Of a stretch of DNA of 64,000 bases, positions 26,972 through 36,023 are shown piece by piece. The notes beneath the pieces were generated by a model that saw only the letters and a list, made by a program, of their open reading frames with translations, made no database searches and was not told the origin of the DNA. A program made the position numbers and the translations under genes. The stretch's first letter is position 1; each line of letters begins with the position of its first letter. The DNA is from Acidimicrobiales bacterium (GTDB lineage Bacteria; Actinomycetota; Acidimicrobiia; Acidimicrobiales; SZUA-35): the NCBI GenBank assembly GCA_965216675.1, contig CBDCGK010000004.1:3150061-3214060 (forward strand), written 5' to 3'.

Positions 26972-29900
26972 TCAGCGGCGGGTCCAGGTGCCGCCGGCGG
27001 CGTCGAGGTCGGCGACGACGGCGTCGAGGTCGGCGACGGCCGCGTCGAAACGCTCCCACCATGGACCGAACGCCTCCTCGGCCCGGTCGATCGCTGTGCG
27101 CTGGGTCTGGGTCGGCGGGCCGGTGGTGATCGCCCACGCCATCGACGCCGTGCGGCCGATCAGCTCGGTGATCGACGGCACGTCGGCCTCCGACAGACGC
27201 TCCCGCACCGGATCTCCAGTCAGCTCACGACCGAGCTGCTCGATCGACCGGTGGGCCGCCTCCGACCGTGTGATCAACGACGGATCGGCGGGCGGCGTTC
27301 GCCGAAGCGTCGACCGAATGTGTTTGATCCGCTCGCGGACGGCGTCGAGCTCCTTGCCGGCACCCATCACCGCTCGACCCAGCGCCTCCATCCTGTGGGT
27401 CAACGCCACGACATCAGCACGGTCGTCGAGCGTGCCGGCCAGCTCCGGCACCGGCTTCACATCGAACCACTCCGGTTCGGTCAGGGCCTCATAGCCATCG
27501 GCGGAGAGCACCGCGACCTCCATGGAGTAGCGGCCGGGCTCGACCAGCGGTCCTTCAGGGTCGCGGTCCCACGGCTCCCGGAATCCCGGATCCTCCCACC
27601 GAAGGGGTTGGATCGGCGACCGTCGCAGGTTCCAGGTCGTACGATGCAGGCCGGCCTTGGTCTCGCCGGCCACCATGGCGACCGGCTCGCCGTCAGCGTC
27701 ACGGACCGTGATCACGACGGCCGGGTCGGCCGTGACCCGTTCGGACCACAGCGTGTCGAGGTCGGGAACCGCAATATCGGTGAGGTCCCCGTCGGCCTGT
27801 TCGGACGCCTCCTTCTCGAGTTTGCGTCGGGCCTCGGCGGGTCCCACGACATCGTCGGGTAGAAGGTAGGTGGCCGTGGCCCCGAAGTCGGGATTGGTGG
27901 TGCGGAACGCGCTGGAACCGAGCGTCGGTTGCCCCACCGCCTGGGCGGTGAGCCGGGGCACGTACCACCAGGCATCCCGAACCGGAAACAGCACGGCGTC
28001 CTCACTGGCCGCCACCTCGGCGGTGAGAGCGCGGAGCGGGCTGTAGTCGTCGAGCACGTAGACTCCCCGGCCGAAGGTGGCGCCGATGAGGTCGTCGTCG
28101 CGCCGTTGCACGGCGAGGTCGCGGAACGAGATGGTCGGCACGTCGCCGGTCAACCGGTGCCAGGAGCCACCGCCGTCGACGCTCACATACAGGCCGTTCT
28201 CGGCTCCGGCGAACAGCAGGTCGGGGTTGACGTGGTCCTGCTCGATCGCCCAGACGATGACACCGTCGGGCAGCGCGCCCGCCCCCTGGCCCCGCATCGG
28301 CTGCCAGGTCTCACCCCGGTCGCGGCTCCGGAACACGTAGGGCGTGTAGTCGCCGTGCTTGTGGTCGTCGGCGGCGACGAACACCACGTCGGCGTCGTGC
28401 TCCGATGGGCGCACGGCGTTGATGAACGCGTCCTCCGGCAGCCCGGGTGGCGGCGTGGCGGCACGCCAGGTTGCACCGCCGTCGTCGGTGATGTGGATTC
28501 GCCCGTCGTCGGTGCCGGCGTAGACGAGGCCGTCGACCACCGGTGACTCGCCGAGGCAGCTGACCGTCGAGTAGAGCGACATCGCCATGTGGTCATAGAG
28601 CGAATCGACGCTCGGTACGGCACCGAACGACGGCAGCTCGTAGCGGTTGCGGTCGGTGGTGAGGTCGCCGCTGATCGCCGTCCACGAGTTGCCCCGGTCG
28701 TCGGATCGCCACACCCGTTGGGAGGCGACGTAGATTCGACCCGGCGCATGACGGCTGACCACGATCGGGCAGTCCCAGTTCCATCGCTCGGGCGGGTCGT
28801 CGGGGCCCGCCAGCGGCCGAATGTCGACCCGCTCCCCAGTGCGACGGTTGTGGCGCACCACGTTGCCGACCTGCCATTCCAGATAGCAGATGTCGGGGTC
28901 GTCCGGGTCGAAGGCGGTGTGGTAACCGTCGGCCCCGAGCGGCACCGTCCAATCCTGGTTGCGGACGCCGTCGATGTTGGTGGTGCGGGTCGGTCCGTAG
29001 AGGGTGCCGAGGTCCTGGGCACCGGCCAACACGTTGGTGAACGGAAGCGAGTCGTCGACAGCGATCCGGTAGAACTGCGAGATCGACAGGTTCGGGAAGT
29101 GCCGGAACGTGGTGCCCTCGTCGAAGGTCTCGTAGAGGCCGGCGTCGGTGCCGACGAGGAGGTGATCGGCGTCGACCGGATCGATCCACACCACATGGTT
29201 GTCGGAGTGCTTGTTGGTGCCGGACTCGAGGTGGCCGAAGGTCCTGCCGCCGTCTCGGGTGACGTGGAGGAACACGTCGACCTGGTACACCCGATCGGGG
29301 TCGGTGTCCGAGGCGAAGATCTCCTGGTAGTAGTGGGGTCCGGTGCCGCCGGAGATGTAGCTGTTCTGCTTCGACCAGCTCTCGCCCCGGTCGTCGGAGC
29401 GATAGAAGCCCCGCTCCTTCTCATTGGCCTCGATCGTGGCGTAGACCCGGTCGGGGTCGGCCGCAGTGACGGCCAGGCCGATCTTGCCCATGTCGCCCTT
29501 CGGGAGGCCCTCGGTGATCCGCCGCCAGGTGTCCCCGCCGTCGGTCGAGGTGTGAATACCGGACCCGGATCCGCCGCCGAGGAAGGTGGCCACGTGGCGG
29601 CGGCGCTGATAGGAGGCGGCGTAGAGGGTGTCGGGGTCGTCGGGGGCGAAGCACACCTTGGTGACGCCGGTGTCGTCGTCGATCCGTAGGGCGGCGGTCC
29701 AGGTGGCGCCGCCGTCGGTGGTCTTGTAGACGCCCCGGTCGCCGCCGGACGACCACAGCGGGCCTTCGGCGGCGACGTACACGGTGTCGCCGTCGCGGGG
29801 GTCGACGAGGATGGCGCCGATGTGTTCGGAGTGTTCGAGCCCGACGTGTTCCCAGGTGATACCGCCGTTTCGGCTCCGGTAGACACCGGATCCCCAGGCC

Positions 29901-30220
29901 ACGTGGCGACCACTCACTGCTTCGCCGGTCCCGACCCAGACGGTGTCGGGCCGGGACGGGTCGAGGGTCACACAGCCTATGGAGAACGAGGGCTGGTCGT
30001 CGAAGACCGGGGTCCAGGTGGTGCCGGCATTGGTGGTCTTCCACACACCGCCCGAGCCGACTGCGACATACCACGTCGACGGGCGGCGTGGATCGACGGC
30101 GAGGTCGGCGATGCGTCCACCCATGAACGCCGGTCCGATGGAACGGAGTTTCAGTTGGTCAAGGGCGTCGGCCAGTGGGTTCGGTGTCTGCTCGGTCGGG
30201 TCACCGGGGGTCTCAGGCAT
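26972..30220 (-). CDS. BNR/Asp-box repeat protein, sortilin/VPS10-like double beta-propeller
   Basis: 1082 aa with at least 10 Asp-box motifs: TTNAGTTW, SRNGGITW, TTDGGATW, STDGGDTW, SDDRGESW, TRDGGRTF, SDDRGNSW, TDDGGATW, SRDRGETW, SVDGGGSW. No obvious signal peptide. Confidence 0.8.
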   Translation of the reverse strand: MPETPGDPTEQTPNPLADALDQLKLRSIGPAFMGGRIADLAVDPRRPSTWYVAVGSGGVWKTTNAGTTWTPVFDDQPSFSIGCVTLDPSRPDTVWVGTGEAVSGRHVAWGSGVYRSRNGGITWEHVGLEHSEHIGAILVDPRDGDTVYVAAEGPLWSSGGDRGVYKTTDGGATWTAALRIDDDTGVTKVCFAPDDPDTLYAASYQRRRHVATFLGGGSGSGIHTSTDGGDTWRRITEGLPKGDMGKIGLAVTAADPDRVYATIEANEKERGFYRSDDRGESWSKQNSYISGGTGPHYYQEIFASDTDPDRVYQVDVFLHVTRDGGRTFGHLESGTNKHSDNHVVWIDPVDADHLLVGTDAGLYETFDEGTTFRHFPNLSISQFYRIAVDDSLPFTNVLAGAQDLGTLYGPTRTTNIDGVRNQDWTVPLGADGYHTAFDPDDPDICYLEWQVGNVVRHNRRTGERVDIRPLAGPDDPPERWNWDCPIVVSRHAPGRIYVASQRVWRSDDRGNSWTAISGDLTTDRNRYELPSFGAVPSVDSLYDHMAMSLYSTVSCLGESPVVDGLVYAGTDDGRIHITDDGGATWRAATPPPGLPEDAFINAVRPSEHDADVVFVAADDHKHGDYTPYVFRSRDRGETWQPMRGQGAGALPDGVIVWAIEQDHVNPDLLFAGAENGLYVSVDGGGSWHRLTGDVPTISFRDLAVQRRDDDLIGATFGRGVYVLDDYSPLRALTAEVAASEDAVLFPVRDAWWYVPRLTAQAVGQPTLGSSAFRTTNPDFGATATYLLPDDVVGPAEARRKLEKEASEQADGDLTDIAVPDLDTLWSERVTADPAVVITVRDADGEPVAMVAGETKAGLHRTTWNLRRSPIQPLRWEDPGFREPWDRDPEGPLVEPGRYSMEVAVLSADGYEALTEPEWFDVKPVPELAGTLDDRADVVALTHRMEALGRAVMGAGKELDAVRERIKHIRSTLRRTPPADPSLITRSEAAHRSIEQLGRELTGDPVRERLSEADVPSITELIGRTASMAWAITTGPPTQTQRTAIDRAEEAFGPWWERFDAAVADLDAVVADLDAAGGTWTRR

Positions 30221-30504
30221 CGCCCCATCTCAGCACGGCGTTGGGGTCGATGCCAGGGACCTCGCCGTCGGCGTGTCAGCGGCCGCGTTCGCAGGTCAGT
30301 TCGGGGGAGTCACTCGATGGGCTGGCACCCTCTGGTTGTTCAACGTCTTAGCGAATTGGGGGCCGAGGCGCTGCCGGGATCTGGTTCGGCTTGCTCTTGG
30401 AAGCGGCCGACGAGCAGCCGTTCCGTGCGGTTCCGGAGGGGCAGTGGCCCAGTCGACGGTGCCGCCGTCTCCGACCTCGACCGGTCCGTCGCCTCGCGGC
30501 ACGC

Positions 30505-30909
30505 TCAGGATGTGAACGGCTGTCGCCAAGCGGGCGGTGGCTCTGATCGTTCGGTCACCCAGTGCTCGACGCCCGACTCGATCAGGCCACCGACCACCCG
30601 GTAGAAGCCGGCGCACCAGAACGTGACTTCATGATTGTCTGCGCCGTCGTCGACACCGTGGTCGTCGCGGTGTCTGACTCGCACCTGGGCGGCGACTCGA
30701 TCCCCGTCAGCGATGGTCTCCACGACCTCGATGGTCCAGCCCTCCGGATAGGCGCGGTTCATAGCCAGGAAATTGCCGCCGTCGAAGTGTTCGCCGGTCT
30801 CGGTGAACTCGATGTGCACGTCGGGCGACAGCAGCGCAGCGGCGCCGTTCCAGTCGCGGGCCTGCATCCGCTCGAAGAACTCTCGAACCACGCCGGCGGT
30901 GGATTCCAT
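30505..30909 (-). CDS. SnoaL/NTF2-like fold protein
   Basis: 134 aa beginning VVREFFERMQARDWNGAAALLSPDVHIEF..., typical of SnoaL-like domains. Confidence 0.55.
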   Translation of the reverse strand: MESTAGVVREFFERMQARDWNGAAALLSPDVHIEFTETGEHFDGGNFLAMNRAYPEGWTIEVVETIADGDRVAAQVRVRHRDDHGVDDGADNHEVTFWCAGFYRVVGGLIESGVEHWVTERSEPPPAWRQPFTS

Positions 30910-31005
30910 AATGAGGACGATACCGACAACCCGGTCATGGCCGGGCGGCGAGGCCGTACCGGCCCGCCAACCACGTGGGTTGGAGCCCGAACCACAGATC
31001 CTGAT

Positions 31006-31051
31006 TCTCGTAGCAAAGAGCGAGGTTCTGCCTCGCTTTTTGCTACCAGAC
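31006..31051. repeat. palindromic element family member 2 (degenerate: 2-3 arm mismatches)
   Basis: tctcgtagcaaagagcgagg-ttctg-cctcgctttttgctaccagac. It lies in a divergent promoter region, not at a gene end. Confidence 0.75.
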
Positions 31052-31058
31052 GTCGAGG

Positions 31059-31107
31059 GCCGACGTTCTCCTTGACAACCGGTCCATGCATAGTTAGTTT
31101 AGTAAAC
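31059..31107 (+). promoter_or_regulatory. predicted promoter/operator of the second ROK regulator (TTGACA-18 nt-TAGTTT, ATG 7 nt after the -10 box, no SD) with palindrome GTTTAgTAAAC
   Basis: cgacgTTCTCCTTGACAaCCGGTCCATgcatagtTAGTTTagtaaacATG. It shares TTCTCCTTGACAA with the 16.08-kb promoter, and shares CCGGTCCAT and AGTTTAGT-A-CATG with the 17.35-kb promoter. Confidence 0.55.
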
Positions 31108-32259
31108 ATGCAAACAGGGACGAGGGGGCAGGCCCGCTGCGACACGACGCCGAAAAAGGCGTCTCGGACCCATTCGAAGGCCCACAACCTTCGAATGCTC
31201 CTACAGGTCATCGCCGATCAAGGCTCCATCAGCCGGGCCGACCTCGCCCGGGCCACCGGCCTGACCCGGGCGTCGGTGTCGACCCTGATGGCCGAACTGG
31301 TCGACAACCGCTGGGTCACCGAAGCCGGGCCCGGTGAGTCGGCCGGCTCGTCAGGCGGTAAACGTCCCACGCTGCTCGAACTCGACCGGACCAGTCGCGA
31401 CATCATCGTGATGGACCTGAGCACCCGTCCCCTGAGCGGGGTCGTCGTCGACATCGCGGGTACACCCCGTTTCGAGGCGATCCTCGAGCCGGTCGAGACC
31501 GACGACACCGGTGCCGTGGCCGCCGCCTCGATCGCCAAGCTCACCGCTCGGCTCCTCGACCGCTGCGAGGGCGAGCTACTGGGCGTCGGTGTCGCCTGTC
31601 CGGGTGTGATCGATCACGAAGGCCGCGTCGTCGAGTCGGTCCCGCTCGGATGGCATGATTTCGATCTCGCCGGCTGTATCCGCAGCGTCGGCGCGGAATC
31701 CGACGACCGTCGGATACAGGGCCCACCCATCCAGATCATCAACGACGCCCAGGCGGTGGCCCTGGCCATTCATCGGCGGCAGGCCCCGGACTCGGAGCCC
31801 GATTCAGTGTCCCGGCCCGCCGCCGACCTCGTGGCCGTTCGGGTGGCCTTCGGTGTCGGCGCCGGCGTGGTGCTCGGCGGCCGGCTTCACCTCGGTCCGC
31901 ACCGGGCGGCCGGTGAGATCGCACCGCTGGTCAAAGCGCTGATGGGCCGACCCATCACCGATCCGCTCGACGTCGACGCCGACGACGCCGTGGTCGCCAC
32001 CCCGGAACTGGGCACGGCCATCGGGTCGGCCTCCGGGCATCTGGCCAACGTGCTCGACATCGCCACGGTCTATGTCGCCGTACCAAGCGCCGGACTGAAC
32101 CCGGCGTTCGAGGAGGCCGCTCGGGCCGCGGCCGACGAAGCCGTGCTCTCCGCCCTCCGCCCGGAACTCCACCTTGGCGCCGTGGCCGACGACGGCCTGG
32201 CCCTCCACGGCGCGGCCGCCTACCTGCTCCAAACCGAAACCGGGCTCGTCGCGGGCTGA
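31108..32259 (+). CDS. ROK family transcriptional regulator (paralog of 16135..17340)
   Basis: wHTH NLRMLLQVIADQGSISRADLARATGLTRASVSTLMAELVDNRWV followed by a ROK body. The ORF-track start at 30562 overlaps the opposite-strand gene and the intergenic region. Confidence 0.85.
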   Translation: MQTGTRGQARCDTTPKKASRTHSKAHNLRMLLQVIADQGSISRADLARATGLTRASVSTLMAELVDNRWVTEAGPGESAGSSGGKRPTLLELDRTSRDIIVMDLSTRPLSGVVVDIAGTPRFEAILEPVETDDTGAVAAASIAKLTARLLDRCEGELLGVGVACPGVIDHEGRVVESVPLGWHDFDLAGCIRSVGAESDDRRIQGPPIQIINDAQAVALAIHRRQAPDSEPDSVSRPAADLVAVRVAFGVGAGVVLGGRLHLGPHRAAGEIAPLVKALMGRPITDPLDVDADDAVVATPELGTAIGSASGHLANVLDIATVYVAVPSAGLNPAFEEAARAAADEAVLSALRPELHLGAVADDGLALHGAAAYLLQTETGLVAG

Positions 32260-32334
32260 CAGTCGAACCGGTTCCAATCCCACCACCTCTGCGCACCCTT
32301 CCCAAGAAAGAGTCCTGAGAAAGAGAGAGAAGAC

Positions 32335-33801
32335 ATGAAGGTACCGAAACTGCTTCCAGTACTGCTCGTACTGGTCCTGTTCCTGGCGGCGTGTGCCAAC
32401 AGCGAAGACACCGCAACCGACACCGACGACGGCGCCGATACCGAGGAGACGACCGAGTCGACCGCGGCGGCCGACGACGGCGACGACACCGACGGCGATG
32501 ATGCCGGGGGCGATGAAGGTGACGATGCGGCCGCCGTCGAGGCGTCGACACCCTACGAGCACCTGAACCGCGCCCTGGCCGGCGAGTTCGACGGCACCGA
32601 GGTCGAAATCCTCGGCCAATGGGTCGAGACCGAAGCCGACGGTTTCGACGCCGCCCTGGCCCAACTCGAGGAGGCGTCCGGCATCACCATCAACTACGAG
32701 GGCGTCACCGACTACGAGACCGTGCTCACCGTGCGCGTCGACGGCGGCAACGCCCCCGACCTGGCCCAGATCGCCCAACCCGGACTTATGCGCACCTTCG
32801 CCTCCGAAGGCCAAATCGTGCCCGTGTCGGACTGGATCAACACCGACCAGCTCAACAACGACTACATCAGCTCCTTCATCGACCTGGCGTCGTACGAGGG
32901 CGACATCTACGGCGTGTTCTACAAGGCCGACGTGAAGTCCATCGTGTGGTACCCGGTGCAGGCCTTCGCCGACGCCGGCTACGAAATCCCCGAGACCTGG
33001 GACGACCTCGTCGCCCTGTCCGATCAGATCGTGGCCGACGGTAACGGCAACCCCTGGTGCATCTCGGTCGAGCACAGCGACTTCTCCGGCTGGGTGGCCA
33101 CCGACTGGCTGGAGGATGTGCTCCTGCGCACGGCCGACCCGTCGGTCTATGACCAATGGGTCAACCACGAGATCGCCTTCGATGACCCGGAGATCCTGGA
33201 GGCGGCCGACTATGTGAAAGAGATCTGGTTCACCGACGACTATGTGTTCGGCGGCAACACCGGCATCAACTCGATCTGGGTCGGCGACACTCAGACACCG
33301 ATGTTCGACGAGGCCGGACCGCAGTGCTGGATGCACAAGCAGGCGGCGTGGATCCCCGGCTTCTGGCCCAAGGACGCCAACGAGGAGCCACTGTTCGAAC
33401 CGGGCGTCGACAGCTCCTTCTTCTACTTCCCCCCGATCGAAGCGGAGTACGGTTCTCCGGCCCTCGGCGGCGGTGACCAGTTCGTGATGTTCAACGACCG
33501 CCCCGAGGTCCGGGCCGTTCTCGAGTTCCTCGCCACCCCCGAGGGGGCCAAAGGCTGGATCGATGTCGGCGGGTTCCTGTCGCCGAACCAGAGCACACCG
33601 CTCGACTGGTACACCCAGTATCCGCAGACCGATCTGGCCGCCATTCTCAACGAGGCCACGACCTTCCGGTTCGACGCCTCCGACACCATGCCGGCCGAGG
33701 TCGGCAACGGCACCTTCCTGACCGGCATGGTCGACTGGGTGTCGGCCAACGGTGAAGGCACCGACCAGGTGTTCGCCGACATCGAGGCGAGCTGGCCCTA
33801 G
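32335..33801 (+). CDS. extracellular solute-binding lipoprotein of a sugar ABC transporter
   Basis: MKVPKLLPVLLVLVLFLAACANSED lipobox, an acidic linker, and a family-1 SBP body. Confidence 0.88.
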   Translation: MKVPKLLPVLLVLVLFLAACANSEDTATDTDDGADTEETTESTAAADDGDDTDGDDAGGDEGDDAAAVEASTPYEHLNRALAGEFDGTEVEILGQWVETEADGFDAALAQLEEASGITINYEGVTDYETVLTVRVDGGNAPDLAQIAQPGLMRTFASEGQIVPVSDWINTDQLNNDYISSFIDLASYEGDIYGVFYKADVKSIVWYPVQAFADAGYEIPETWDDLVALSDQIVADGNGNPWCISVEHSDFSGWVATDWLEDVLLRTADPSVYDQWVNHEIAFDDPEILEAADYVKEIWFTDDYVFGGNTGINSIWVGDTQTPMFDEAGPQCWMHKQAAWIPGFWPKDANEEPLFEPGVDSSFFYFPPIEAEYGSPALGGGDQFVMFNDRPEVRAVLEFLATPEGAKGWIDVGGFLSPNQSTPLDWYTQYPQTDLAAILNEATTFRFDASDTMPAEVGNGTFLTGMVDWVSANGEGTDQVFADIEASWP

Positions 33802-33952
33802 GCCGGGAAGCCGGTAGCAAACCTTCTCCCTTCACCGCCCGGCTGGTGGGCTTCCACCGAGGCACACCGGCCGGGCGGTCCTTGTCCTGACAGCATCTTC
33901 GTGACTGTCCTCACCTGACCTGGCGCGGGCCGATGGCGAAAGGATCGAGCAC

Positions 33953-35164
33953 ATGACGAGCACCATCGACACGACCACCGAACCGACCGTCGACCCGCCG
34001 GTGACCGGGCGCTCCGCGCGGTCCGGTCGACCGCTGACCGGGCCGCTCGCCGCAGTCGCCGTCCTGATCGGGCTGGCCGTCGCGGCCAGGATCAGCCTCC
34101 GCAACCTCACCGACGCCGACGGGGCCGGAGAGCTCATGGCCGGGCTCTACGATCTGATCGGGCTCGGCGGGCAGGCCGACGCCATCCGCGACCGGGGCCT
34201 CCAGCCGCTCCCGGCCACCCTGATCACCCTCCTGTGGGCCCTGGTGCTCGGCTCGGTCGGAATCTGGGCCTTGTACTGGGCGCTCAACACCCTGGTCGAT
34301 ACGCTCGGATCGAGGTGGGGTGAACGTGTCCGACCCTACGCGTACATTGCACCGGCCGTGGCCATGCTCGGGTTCTACCTCGTCTACCCGCTCGTGGCGA
34401 CCGTCTACTTCAGCCTCACCCTCGACGACGGCCCGGCCAACTTCTCGAACCTCGTCGCCGACCCCGAAGTTCAGCGAGCGCTTGTCAACAACCTGATCTG
34501 GCTCGTGGTCGCCACCGGGGGGAGTGTGGCCCTCGGCCTCGTCATCGCCCAGCTCTTCGACCGGGTCAAGCGGGAGGCGCTGGCCAAGACGTTCGTCTTC
34601 CTCCCCCTGGCGCTGTCGATGGTCGGGGCCAGCGTCATCTGGCGCTTCATGTACATCTGGCGGCCCGAGGGCCAGCCGCAGATCGGCTTGATCAACTCGA
34701 TCGTGACGTCGCTCGGCATCCCGCCGATCTCGCTGTTGCAGGAGGTGCCGGTCAACACCTTCGCCCTGATCGCCATCATGGTGTGGCTCCAGACCGGCTT
34801 CGCCATGGTCATCCTGTCGGCCGCCATCAAGGGCGTCGGGTCGGAGCTGCTGGAAGCGGCCCGGATCGACGGCGCCAACGAGTTCCAGGTGTTCACCAAG
34901 ATCATCATCCCGTCGATCCGGGGAAGCATCATCACGGTGGCCACCACCATCGCCATCGCGGTGCTGAAGGTGTTCGACATCGTGTTCGTGATGACCGGCG
35001 GCCGCTTCGAGACCGAGGTGATGGCCAACCGCATGTTCTCCCAGATGTTCAAGTTCCGGAGCTTCGGTTTGGCCAGCGCCACGGCCGTGACCCTGTTCGC
35101 CATGGTCATCCCCATCATGGTCCTCAACATCCGCAACTTCCGCCGTCAGGAGCTGGAACGATGA
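33953..35164 (+). CDS. carbohydrate ABC transporter permease (MalF-like)
   Basis: TM-rich, with the EAA loop LEAARIDGANEFQVFTKIIIPSIRG. Confidence 0.88.
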   Translation: MTSTIDTTTEPTVDPPVTGRSARSGRPLTGPLAAVAVLIGLAVAARISLRNLTDADGAGELMAGLYDLIGLGGQADAIRDRGLQPLPATLITLLWALVLGSVGIWALYWALNTLVDTLGSRWGERVRPYAYIAPAVAMLGFYLVYPLVATVYFSLTLDDGPANFSNLVADPEVQRALVNNLIWLVVATGGSVALGLVIAQLFDRVKREALAKTFVFLPLALSMVGASVIWRFMYIWRPEGQPQIGLINSIVTSLGIPPISLLQEVPVNTFALIAIMVWLQTGFAMVILSAAIKGVGSELLEAARIDGANEFQVFTKIIIPSIRGSIITVATTIAIAVLKVFDIVFVMTGGRFETEVMANRMFSQMFKFRSFGLASATAVTLFAMVIPIMVLNIRNFRRQELER

Positions 35165-36021
35165 GCAGATTCGATCCCACCACGCTACGACGATTTCCCC
35201 TCCAGGCGGCCACGGTGCTGATCGTGGTGTTGTGGTCGCTGCCGACGACCGGCCTGCTGATCAGCTCGTTCCGCCCGCAGGGCGATGTCGCCACCACCGG
35301 CTGGTGGTCGGCGCTGGCCCACCCGTTCGAGACCTCGACCTGGACGATGGCCAACTACGAGGGGGTCCTCAACGCCGGTGGCCTCTGGCGGGCGTTCGGC
35401 AACAGCATCGTCATCTCGATCCCGGCCACCGTGATCCCGATCACCGTCGCCGCGTTCGCCGCCTACGCATTTGCCTGGATGAAGTTCCCCGGACGCCAAT
35501 TGCTGTTCTCGTCGGTCGTGCTGTTGCTGGTGGTTCCGCTGCAGATGACGCTGGTGCCGCTGCTGCGGATCTACACTCGGGCCGACCTGGGCGGCACCTA
35601 CGTCGGCACCTGGCTGGCCCACGCCTCGTTCGGTCTGCCACTCGCCGTCTACCTGCTCTACAACTACATCTCGTCGCTCCCGTCCGAGCTGATGGAGTCG
35701 GCGCGGATCGACGGAGCATCCCACTATGACATCTTCCGCAGACTCGTGATCCCGCTCTCGTTCCCCGCGCTGGCGTCGTTCGCCATCTTCCAGTTCCTGT
35801 GGGTGTGGAACGATCTTCTGGTCAGCCTCGTCTTCCTCGGCACCGACTCCGAGGTGGCCACGCTGACCGCCCGGCTGAACGAGCTGGTCGGCTCCCGGGG
35901 TGAGGCCTGGCACATCCTGACCGCCGGTGCGTTCGTCTCGATGGCCATCCCGCTTGTGGTGTTCCTGTCGCTCCAGCGGTTCTTCGTGCGCGGCCTGCTC
36001 GCCGGCTCGGTGAAGGGCTGA
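35161..36021 (+). CDS. carbohydrate ABC transporter permease (MalG-like)
   Basis: MSRFDPTTLRRFPLQAATVLIVVLW... and the EAA loop MESARIDGASHYDIFRRLVIPLSFP. ATGA overlap with the upstream permease. Confidence 0.88.
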   Translation: MSRFDPTTLRRFPLQAATVLIVVLWSLPTTGLLISSFRPQGDVATTGWWSALAHPFETSTWTMANYEGVLNAGGLWRAFGNSIVISIPATVIPITVAAFAAYAFAWMKFPGRQLLFSSVVLLLVVPLQMTLVPLLRIYTRADLGGTYVGTWLAHASFGLPLAVYLLYNYISSLPSELMESARIDGASHYDIFRRLVIPLSFPALASFAIFQFLWVWNDLLVSLVFLGTDSEVATLTARLNELVGSRGEAWHILTAGAFVSMAIPLVVFLSLQRFFVRGLLAGSVKG

Positions 36022-36023
36022 GC

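Noticed and set aside
30221-30504. A 284-nt gap upstream of the BNR gene, examined for a small gene or upstream ORF ending in GATGCCTGA that overlaps the BNR start.
   Set aside because: The only in-frame open stretch is ~20 codons and lacks a good start or RBS. The 106-aa ORF 30296..30616 is Arg/Pro-rich junk that overlaps the NTF2-like gene.
33805-33830. ccggtagcaaacc, a possible fourth (half) copy of the GGTAGCAAAA palindromic element.
   Set aside because: Only 9 nt match, there is no complementary arm and no A/T tract, so the match may be chance. The nearby GC hairpin (ccgcccggc...gccgggcgg, ~33836-33880) is an ordinary intercistronic stem-loop.
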